Made by a program: the position numbers and the translations under genes
In this document: piece after piece, positions 35,993 to 45,443 of the stretch
Position numbering within the stretch: position 1 is the first letter of the stretch
How the letters are laid out: every line of letters starts with the position of its first letter
The notes under the pieces: model-generated
Databases searched by the model: none
What the model was told of the DNA's origin: nothing
What the model saw: the letters and a program-made list of their open reading frames with translations, nothing else
Assembly (NCBI GenBank): GCA_001643675.2
Contig: LSRY02000021.1
Location: 1,343,047 to 1,407,046 of the forward strand
Reading direction: 5' to 3'
DNA length: 64,000 nt
Origin: Monocercomonoides exilis PA203
Taxonomy: Eukaryota; Protista; Preaxostyla

Positions 35993-36866
35993 CCGCTTCC
36001 GCGTTGTTTGGCATAGCTCATCCTCACATCTACAGCTCTCAACATCAGATCCACTAGAAAAGCTAAATCTATCTCATTCTTTATATTTTTAAAAACATAC
36101 AAACGACAAACTTTAATAAAGTCCATTGTTTTAATAACTCAATATAATATTGCATTGGGAAATTGAAGTTTATCTGGGTAAAAAGTTTCATTTAATAATG
36201 CAATGATCTTATCTAATTCAAAAAAAACATAGAAATATAAAAGAACAAGAAAATATATGAAATATTAAAGCAAAATAAATAATATTGTTATTTAAAGAGT
36301 CATTTATAACCTTTTGCGTTCCTTTGCGAACGTAAATGAACTAATATTAGGTAGTTTAGAATATTCAAGCAAAAAGGCACACTTTAATGTGACTGTGAAA
36401 AAAAGCTGTTTTCAATATAAAACAAGTGCACATATAATAATATGTTAAATTTTATATATAAAAATGAAATGATGGCAAACTATTGAGTTCTATTTCATCT
36501 TAAACAGCATATTCAACTTTTCTAGACATAAAAAATTTTATTGTGGGTTAGATCAAAGATATTTAATAAAAAAATTTTTTATGACCATTATTGTTAATGA
36601 TGAAAATTAACAAATAAAATATATTTATATTATAATAAAAACACATTGGATGTCCAAAAATCACATTTTCTTTTAAATTTGAATATTTTTCTTTGAAATT
36701 CATATTTTTATGGGTCATTTTTCAAAAATCATTTTTTTCAACAAGAAAAATTTTTTTCGAAAAATCGGTCCATAAAAAGTTTTTAAATAATTATTACCTA
36801 TTTATTCATCATAATTTTAATGCCTAAAAACGCAATTTGCAAAAGGAGCGCATTTAGACCTATGCC
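32897..36866 (-). repeat. Right TIR of the Merlin element (3970 bp)
   Basis: Reverse complement of 26255-30224. Confidence 0.95.
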
Positions 36867-36874
36867 CTCATAGA

Positions 36875-37260
36875 TGCAGAAGAAGCGCTCCAACGTAAAC
36901 TGGCTTTATCCGGGACAACTTTAAAAGATGAACACGTGGGGTTGATATAAAAGAAGGTGAACCTGCAAATATGCAGAGAATAGAAGAAGAGTTAGTGGCT
37001 ATCCTGAGAGAGAAGGAAACACACAATACTTTGACCGTGTTCTCGATTCGATATAAAGTAACAATTCACATATCAAGACGAAAAGGAACGGATTAGAAAG
37101 CGAGCAACATGCACGCAAGAGGGGAGCCAGGATCAAGAGTGGACCAATAAATTTAAGACATTTAACTAGTTCAAGATATGCAATGGATCCGTTTGACGAT
37201 CGACTTCCAAGAACCCCCTCATGGAGATGATGATAAGTTGGATATAAATAGAGAAGGGAA
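36875..37260 (+). pseudogene. DIRS tyrosine recombinase, 3' part (degenerate)
   Basis: In-frame continuation across the Merlin site. A later SSRYAM...SWR segment loosely recalls the YR HxxR...W region. End approximate. Confidence 0.5.
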
Positions 37261-37791
37261 GGATATGAGAATCGAGAAAACAAATTCAGAGATGAAAGAT
37301 TGCACTGAAAAGACATCAGAAGCAGGGTGAGAAAAAGGTATGAGGAAGGAGAAATCGGTTAAAGAAACGAGATTTATTGCTTTGAGAAGAGAGAAGGCAA
37401 AGAGAAATAGTTTTGTCATAGAACTCCTCATCCCGACCACCCTAGCGTCGGAGAACACCCCTCATAATACACAGCAGCGTTTGCGAGCTGACTGGAGGCA
37501 AACACGCTGCACCACAGAGAAAGATGTTCATAGACAGAAGGAAACGTGGAGTGAGTCATTCAAGATAAATGATAAAGAACTCATTCGAACAGAATTCTCG
37601 AAAATGAATGTCTCAGAAGCACGCCGAGAAAGAAAGGGAGTGGAGCCAGTGGCCGCACCTTCATCCGCAGGCTCTCAACTCATCCGCCGCACGATGACGT
37701 GCTAGGCAGGAGGGTTTAAGATCATTACCGATAAATAAATAAATAAATATTAATTAATAAAAATTAGCATGAAAATATCAAAAAAGGGCTT

Positions 37792-37892
37792 TCAAGACTC
37801 ATAATTGAGGAGCAAACCTGCTCCTTGCGTTCGTAGATTCGCTCTATTGTGAATTGATAGAACGCAGTGAGACAGGTTTGCTCCGAGATAAT
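37792..37892. other. DIRS internal complementary region (ICR)
   Basis: 37792-37855 is nearly the reverse complement of the element's left end (22869-22932). 37854-37892 is the exact reverse complement of the right end (38509-38547). Confidence 0.92.
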
Positions 37893-38129
37893 ACAAATGC
37901 GGATGGAGAGACTCAAAGCGGCTGGATGCGAAAGAGAGAAACATATCAGGAGGAATATGACGAGAAAAAGGGCGAGATATAAAAGGATAGAGAAATAGAT
38001 CAACCGCCTGAAGATATTTATGTGCACCTAGAACCTGTTCAGAGAAACAGTGAAGGAATAAAAAGTTGGAATAAGGATCCTACTCCTTTTATTAGTATCG
38101 AACAAATGCAGAGAGAAGAGTCAGACTGA

Positions 38130-38375
38130 CCCACACAGTGCGCGGTGGGTGGATTAGCTCTGCTGGATCAGTAGAAGAACGGGAGGCAGAGCACATCACA
38201 TGCAGTTTTCTTTTCCACGCCTCGCGAAAGCGAGAGTGGTTTTTCTTTCTGCTCCAAGATTACTCGCCTCACCGGATCCCTGCACGGCCTGCAGGTGAGA
38301 GCTCCGAGGGGCAATGTCCCCTGCCCTCTGGTCTTCGTGACCAAGGCAAAAAGGCGAAGTCGGCGGTGAAGTGAA
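38130..38375 (+). ncRNA. Candidate structured RNA domain in the DIRS 3' region
   Basis: GC-rich island with stems GCTCTGC/GCAGAGC, CTCGC-GAAA-GCGAG, CCTGCA/TGCAGG, TGGTC/GACCA and an enclosing TCGCCT/AGGCGA. Confidence 0.5.
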
Positions 38376-39033
38376 GCGGACAATTCATAGAACACTTTTT
38401 ATTATTTTACATGTTATTGTCTATATTTTCATCTCGCCCTTTTTTCCACGTCATATTTAGGAGAGCGAAGTTCTCACTTAAACCGCCCACAAATCGTGAT
38501 CAAGACTCATTATCTCGGAGCAAACCTGTCTCACTGCGTTCTATCAAAACAAAAAAGATTTGAAATTGTATATGATAATTATGAATGATTCATGGTCCAG
38601 TAGCTAAAAACTGACAGAAAAAGAGAGTCGATTAAAAACGAGCAAAACAAATGTACAAAAATAAATTAAAAATTCTCAAGATCTTCATCAAAAACAAAAA
38701 TTGACAAAAAAATCTTTTTGTATGAACATTTAATACGTGCTCAAACCTGGTGCAATATGCTTTTTTTGTTTTTAGTTTTTATTTAGTGAGATACGCCAAT
38801 AAAAAAAATGTCCGGATTAAAAAACCACCCTAGAATATTTTTTCAATTGCAAAAAATTTTAGAAAATACTGTGTGGAACAAAATTCATAATGCAAAAAAT
38901 AACTTCCCACATCTGAATGAAAGAATTGTTGCTAAGAATAATTTTTTTTGCATTTATATTTTAAAAGTTTTTATTTTTAAGAATCAAAGGTGAAAAAAAC
39001 AGACTTTCATAAATAGCAAACGTTTGAATAATA

Positions 39034-41229
39034 TTAATGCAGTTTTGTTTGCATTTGATCAAACATAATTGAAAATGGGAAAAGTGACTTTGTATAAGTG
39101 GCTTTATCTGGAGAAGAATTTAAAGAGTCATTGCAAAACGAAGAGATAAATGATGAAGAGCTTAAAAAAGAAAATGGAAATAATAATTCACCATGATTTA
39201 TTGAAGTTGCAGAATTCGTAAGAAAGTTCGGAATGTCTCTTGCATGATTTGAATAAACTGGAACACTTTGTTGAGAGAAACTTGATTGTTCTTCATCCAT
39301 AATTTGTTGATTCCTTTCGTGAATTGGATCAATCAAGTTGTCTTCTTTGTCTTTTTGAGAATATTCTTTGATAGAATTACAGAGATGTGTTTGCTTGATG
39401 TCCATTTGATGATTTGATAAATATAGCCGGCAAGTTTCCTCGGCAATAGCTGCTATTTGCTCTGGTGACGAGAATGAAAAAAGTTCCTTGAGATGAAAAG
39501 CCGAACTGCAATCTTCAACTATCGATAAATAGAAAGGAGGCGTCAAAAGTGTGGAAAAAAGGTGGGAAGTTATCGTATACAATTCATCATCATCATCTTC
39601 TTCTTCTTCTTCAATCGCAGAAATCTCTCTTTCTAAAGTTGAATTTTCATCTTTGAGATGTGCTTTTGTTCTTCTGATGCTTTTTAAACATGGAATTTGT
39701 ACAAGTGAAGCGAACGAGAAAACTGAATAGCTGTCACAAGAAGGTTCTAATGGAGATGGATCCTCTTTCTTTGAGGACTGCAACCCATCAGAAGCAAATG
39801 CCAAAATAGAAATCACTTCATCAATTAAAATAGGCTGACAACAAAGAAACACAGATAAGTGCGGATTCGATAAACTTTCCATTTTCACATCTTTCTTCAA
39901 CAACAAACAACATCTTTTTAAAAAGCAGTCGGAAAAAAGACCTGAATATCTTGTAAATAAGCCACATTCAGCCAAGATGCAAAGCGTCGATAACGAAATA
40001 AACACAATCTGGCGTACTGAATTTTTCTGAGTGGAATCTGCTTTCTCTGTCTGTAAGTATGAGAAGTGAGCAACGATGTCCTCGTTTATCAGCTCTTTCC
40101 ATTTTTCTTCATTGAGCGATCCATCATTTAACGAAATGGATTCTAACGAAGGGTGCGAAAGCATGAACGTAAATATTCCAAATGAATAACTTTTGCTTGT
40201 TGAAGAGTCTGACATTATAACCTCACACATAACTCTCGCGAGTTCATTCTCTTTGGAGTCATCACAGATGATAACATTTAAATCACTTGCTGCAGATGAA
40301 AAAATGAATTTTGCTGGCATACATAAGAAAGGATAAAAGTTATTTGTTCCAATATCTTTTTCATTCTTTTGATCTTTCTGCTCTTTTGTTCCTTCGGTTT
40401 GGCATCGACAAATTTCCGGGATTTCAATATCCATATCCACGGAACTTTTTGAGTAATTCGAAGCTATTTGAATTGAAGCGCCATCAATTTCAGATGTTAA
40501 TAACATTTGAAAAAATATAACGTTTTCAAGTCTATCCAAAATCATTTTCAACTGATCGCAAATTATTATTGGTTGATTCATTGCATCGCTGAGCATTGAA
40601 TATGACAAAATAGATAACGGTAATGACGATAAACGTTGGCTAATCAAGATGTCATGCTTTTGAAGAGAATGATCTTCGGAAAATCGTTTTAATGGTGAAT
40701 ATGGCGTTGCTATTACAACAAATTGTTTATAAATCGGCAAATGATCGATAATAGAATGCATGATGTCAAACGAATCAGAAGAGCCGTTGAGAATGCGTTC
40801 CGGGTCAACAATAATTATGCGCTTAAGATGCTTGGGTTGTAGTTTAGAAGCAGAAAGAAGATTGTTTATCTGCTTTGGTTGTCCAACAACGACGTGACAC
40901 CAGGGAATTGATTTTACACAATTATGCAACGAGAAATTATCAAGGAAAAGCTCGCAACGATATCCCATTCGAGGGTCTGATTCTGGAAGCAATTCCAATT
41001 GTCCTTTTTCATTTCTTGATGGTATAGGAGGGGGATTTCCTTCAGCAAGAAATGCGCCTCCGCTTTTTATAATCGCTTGCTGTATAAAAACGCATTCATC
41101 AGGTCCTGGAGCAAGAACAAGAGCTTGAGAATAAAAATCGTTTGGCTCAATATTTAGTGATTTAAAAGATAGTATTTGTTCGATTTCTTGTAAAGAAATT
41201 AAAAAACAATCAGAAAACATAGAATTCAT
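39034..41229 (-). CDS. 731-aa protein with a degenerate DEAD-box (eIF4A-like) RecA1 domain
   Basis: QALVLAPGPDE (motif Ia-like), HVVVGQPKQI (motif Ib-like), IIIVDPERIL (in place of DEAD) and LPIYKQFVVIAT (motif III-like). No Q motif or Walker A. Confidence 0.65.
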   Translation of the reverse strand: MNSMFSDCFLISLQEIEQILSFKSLNIEPNDFYSQALVLAPGPDECVFIQQAIIKSGGAFLAEGNPPPIPSRNEKGQLELLPESDPRMGYRCELFLDNFSLHNCVKSIPWCHVVVGQPKQINNLLSASKLQPKHLKRIIIVDPERILNGSSDSFDIMHSIIDHLPIYKQFVVIATPYSPLKRFSEDHSLQKHDILISQRLSSLPLSILSYSMLSDAMNQPIIICDQLKMILDRLENVIFFQMLLTSEIDGASIQIASNYSKSSVDMDIEIPEICRCQTEGTKEQKDQKNEKDIGTNNFYPFLCMPAKFIFSSAASDLNVIICDDSKENELARVMCEVIMSDSSTSKSYSFGIFTFMLSHPSLESISLNDGSLNEEKWKELINEDIVAHFSYLQTEKADSTQKNSVRQIVFISLSTLCILAECGLFTRYSGLFSDCFLKRCCLLLKKDVKMESLSNPHLSVFLCCQPILIDEVISILAFASDGLQSSKKEDPSPLEPSCDSYSVFSFASLVQIPCLKSIRRTKAHLKDENSTLEREISAIEEEEEDDDDELYTITSHLFSTLLTPPFYLSIVEDCSSAFHLKELFSFSSPEQIAAIAEETCRLYLSNHQMDIKQTHLCNSIKEYSQKDKEDNLIDPIHERNQQIMDEEQSSFSQQSVPVYSNHARDIPNFLTNSATSINHGELLFPFSFLSSSSFISSFCNDSLNSSPDKATYTKSLFPFSIMFDQMQTKLH

Positions 41230-41310
41230 TTGCCTTGGACGTCAGGTAAAAACGCTATTTTTCAGATTCTTTCCATCTGATCAACGAAAAAGTAATAAAA
41301 TAACTGATGG

Positions 41311-44300
41311 ATGATCTCAGATAAGAATGCTTCATTTTCTGGCTTTGATGCAGAAAAACGAGCAGAAAAACGCTTTGAACAATACGAGTTATCTTCGTCA
41401 TCAAAACTTTTTGGGGAAACTGATTCTTTACCTGGGTTTAATCTGAGAGAAACGAAGCGAACTTCAATGGTTCGAAAAAGGAGAAACGAAACTCCGATAC
41501 TGGCTTCAATGAGAAATCTGCAAACAGAAGAGCTAAAGGAACTTTTGCAAAAAATGAAACCAGATGGCTCTGGAGCAACCGTTGATACTCTCGAAGAATT
41601 TTATCATCTATCACTTAGAGGTTTTTTTTTTCAAATATTTATCAATAGGCAAACTTTTTAAATCTTCTTTACATAAATTTTAGAAAATACACCTATTCCA
41701 AAGTTTATTATGGATTACGACGCTCTTTCAATTATTGTGCCTTATTTATTTGATTTTTCACAAGAAAAACTTCAAGTTTGAAAACGAACTTTCTTTTGAT
41801 TTTGAACTTCAATGTACAATGATATTTTGTTCAAAGATTTCAGCTTGCAAACTTTTGTCCATTTGCTGTTTGCTTCATTTTTATTGAATTATCAAATCTT
41901 TAATATTTTGCTTTATTTTCAAAATTCAATAGGTTGTTACTCTTTAGATTTTCGTCTGACATTATGCAAATATAATCCATTTGATGCTCTTTATGCATTT
42001 CTTGAAAAAGGAACAATGGAAATGCAAGATATTGGTTCGCATTGCCTTGCAAATATTATTGGCTGTGAAGAGAAAATCAGTTCATATACCGACATAAAGA
42101 CAACTGTATCGATCGTTGTAAGCACATTCAAGAGATATATAGCTATGAATTCACAGTGTATGGTAATGGATGCTATCGCTGGAACGTCATCAATTATGCA
42201 AATACCAAATACATCTTGCGAAACTAAGCAAGATCAGTTCGTGATGGAAAAAGACGAAGAGAGAGAAAGCGATATTGGGTCGCATTGTCCTGATGGAGAT
42301 ATAGAAGAAAGCAGAAAGAATGACAAACAAATTGCACCCACCGGAGCGTCAGCTGTGTTTGAAAACCCAAAACTGTTTCATTTTGACATTCCAGCCTCGG
42401 CTCCGAATTCACTTCTGAATTCGATTATTTTCCTGATATGCAATCTCAGTTCTTTTAGCAGCATTCTTACTGATCTTTACACCATCATTGATGAGCTGAT
42501 ACATTTGTTTATGCACGTCACCCACATTATGAAAGCCGAAGAGGCTCTTTTATTGGGAAATCAAGAAACTGCAGATACTCAAAGTGCAAATTCATCTTTG
42601 GAAATCGATCAGGCTATCAAAAGAACAAGCATTCAGAGTGACATACAGGGCCAGCAAAAGTTAGAAGATATGGTCGCTGGTAGCGGTGAAGGGCAAGCTA
42701 AGCAAAAGACGTACTTTGACACTTTATCTGGAAGCCAGCACAGGCGTCTGATTATTGACTGCGCAACCATCTTCTCAAGATTTGCGTTTTGCATGGATAC
42801 TTCAGATGCTGTTGGACAGGTTTGAAATTTTAACTCCGTGCAATTTTTTTTTTTGGAAATTACCAAAGATTTGTTTAGAAAGCGTTTTTCTTTTGTATTC
42901 TTTTTTTTTTTTTTGTTTGAAATCATGATTATTGAATCTTCATTTTTTTGTTTGACTTTCATTGAACAATCACATTTCTTTTTATGTTTTTGATTTTTCT
43001 TTATTATCACATATATTTGCAAATCCATCGCTAAATGTTCAGAAACTTTGTTCTTCGTATTTTGTATCATTTTCTCTGGACATCCTTTGCTTTGGCAGAG
43101 ATGAAAACCTTCATTTGATATTCCTGTCGATTCTTATTGCAATTACTGATTGCTTGTGTTCAGACGGAACAAAAGTATGAATCTTTGAGATAATTTTGAG
43201 CTCTCATTCTCCTTTTTTTGATATTGACTACGAAATTCGTTATACATTTGAAATCTAATTATTTTTCTTTTTCTTTCTTTCTTTTTATATATGTATATAT
43301 TTGCGATTTATGACAACATTCTGAAAATTTATCTTTCAATCCATCTTTTGTCTTTTAAATTAATTATATCTTATATTTTTTCATTTTGTAAAAAAAAAAA
43401 TAACTTTTTATAATCACTCACAGCTTCTAATAGTCAATGGAGGCATTCCCACCATCATGAACGAGCTTCTCAGCGACAGAGCCTCCATTGCCCGTTCAGC
43501 TGCGCTCATCCTGTCGAACATCTGCGGCGAGGACAGCGACTGGCACTCGTGGTGTGTTGTGCTGTGCAGCGATGATGGCAGCGACGTGCAGCTGCAGGGC
43601 GGAGTGCCGCTGATTGAGGAAGGGAAGGAAGAGCAAGGCATGAAGTTTCTGCTCGAGAGGCTGCTCCTGCCGCCGGTGGAGGTGGCCCAGGCGATTGTGC
43701 ATGCCCTCAACAACATCTGCCTCAGCGGCAATGAGCTGATCAGATGCGCTGTGAGAAACAAGGCGCACGTTGCAATGCTGCTGCTGCTGAACAAGTGGAT
43801 CAACCACCACGTGAACGATGTGGAGACGATGCTCAAGATTCTTTGCCTTCTCAGGCTGATCCTGAAAAGCGGGGAGTCTTTTGCGAAGGCTGCGTTGCTG
43901 GGTCAGGCAGGAGATGGTTCACAACCCAATGAAAGATGTGAAGGTAATGAAAGCACTGGGTTAAAGACAGACAATCAGGAGCCAATGCCTTTGCCTTTGC
44001 CTCAATCAAATTCTGTTTCTTCAGAGACAGATACGAAGAACTACAACTCTTCGACTACTCTATTGCAATATAACCAGTCGTATGCAACACCAGGTACAGC
44101 TTCCGCAGTCAATCCAGATTTTATTCCACCTCTTTCTTTTCTTTCTTCTTCATCTGCTATGAGCAATCCTGTTTCGTTTGGAGAACATCCTCCTTTCAAC
44201 GTTGGAGCATCTGGCTATAAGCCATTTGCTTCTGAGCACCACTCAATGTCCTCTCAAGCAGCATCCGCTTTTGCTTCTTCAACTCCATCTTCATCTTCCT

Positions 44301-44728
44301 CTTCCTCCTCCAAGCAAAAGAAGTATCATTATCCTTTTTATTCATCTTTACATCCCACTCAGCCAACATACAATCTTCCCCTTTCTGATCTTCGCACTTT
44401 GCCTCACCACAAATGCCTTATCACTCTGATGACTCACAAGAACAAGTTGATTGCCAGAGAGGCCCAGAGCATTTGGAGAGAGTACTTTGCACAATATCAG
44501 CTGGAAGACGAAGAGAACGAGAAAATGGCAAATGACGATGATAATAGTGGGAGTGAAGGGAAAAGCAGGTCAGCAATTGAGTTTATTGACAGCTCAATTG
44601 AAGATGGTCTTGGCGAGGAATATTCTCCATCAGAATCGTCGATGCAATTTAGAGATACAGAAACTGATATTTCTATCATCCAGACTATTCTGAAGCAAAT
44701 CAGAGAGCAAGGAAAAGAACAGAGCTGA
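41311..44728 (+). CDS. Divergent importin-alpha-like ARM-repeat protein, multi-exon
   Basis: IBB-like LRETKRTSMVRKRR and ARM-like ENTPIPKFI...EKLQ, SHCLANIIG, AALILSNICG, VHALNNIC. Inferred exons: 41311-41620, 41684-41775, a short exon near 41839-41869, ~41932-42819, 43043-43174 and 43424-44728, with GT...AG introns. Confidence 0.7.
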
Positions 44729-45443
44729 AATGGTTGTGTGAAAAAACAGTAGTATTTAATTTCTTAGAACTTTCGATTTGGAATTAGCATTTGAAAGTGA
44801 GGAATAAATTAATGAAGAAGAAAAAGACAATAATAAAAGTGTCAAATGAAGTGTTATCAGATTTAGCACTGAATATCTAATTTCATTTTGTCTCATATGT
44901 TTTTGATTCAAATAAGAACCTTAAATAAAGACCAGTTCATAAAGGGCACCTTGTTCAACCATGTTTGTCCGATTTTACAAATCAATATTCCAACCATTCA
45001 ATCCCCAAACCACCATTCAATGAACTTTTTGTGAAAATTTCACTACAACAATTGAAATAAAAAGTATTTAACCTATTTTTTTTAATTAGCATTTTTGAAA
45101 AACATGAAAAATATGTACTCAAATAATTTACATAATGAAAATAAAACATTGTTAAACTAAGGATCCATATGACAAAAACAAAATATAATCCTTTGAAGCA
45201 GATATTTTTTTTCAATCAATTGCTTTAATTGAAAAATTCAAAGAAAAGCCAAATAATAAATTCTTCGGTTTTTTTCTTTTGATTTTGCTCAAAACAGGCT
45301 TCACAATCCTTTTATCATGCATTTATTCTAGAAAATATCCAGAAAAGTTATTTGATTTTTTCTAAATTCTTCTTAAAAAGATTAATAAGGTATAGATCTT
45401 TTTGTTTACACAGAATTTGTTGTTAAAAAAAAAACACATTTAA

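Larger units (their letters stand above)
26255..36866. mobile_element. Merlin/IS1595-family DNA transposon, 10,612 bp, with ~3.97-kb TIRs carrying a captured host gene
   Basis: Ends GGCATAGGTCTAAATGCGCTCC...GGAGCGCATTTAGACCTATGCC. 8-bp TSD CTCATAGA at 26247-26254 and 36867-36874. Central DDE transposase of IS1595/ISXO2 type. Confidence 0.95.
22871..38545 (+). mobile_element. DIRS-type tyrosine-recombinase retrotransposon (~5.05 kb without the Merlin insertion), degenerate
   Basis: Imperfect ITRs at 22904-22967 and 38465-38528. Internal complementary region at 37792-37892. RT, RNase H and YR remnants in the canonical order. No TSD. Confidence 0.9.
22171..38830. mobile_element. Foldback/MITE-like non-autonomous element (~1 kb when reconstituted) with ~340-bp TIRs and TA flanks; its right TIR is split by the DIRS insertion
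   Basis: TA|GGGTGGTT... at 22171 and ...AACCACCC|TA at 38830. 22171-~22530 is the reverse complement of ~22816-22870 joined to 38548-38830. TA flanks suggest Tc1/mariner-type mobilisation (inference). Confidence 0.82.

Noticed and set aside
26255-36866. The 4-kb palindrome as a fold-back sequencing chimera
   Set aside because: A perfect 8-bp TSD, continuity of the interrupted DIRS on both sides, a unique transposase-bearing spacer and a few arm differences all argue for a real element. Read-level confirmation is still advisable.
38008-38050. CTGAAGA...GAAAC as a hammerhead ribozyme core
   Set aside because: No stem II or flanking stems can be formed around the core.
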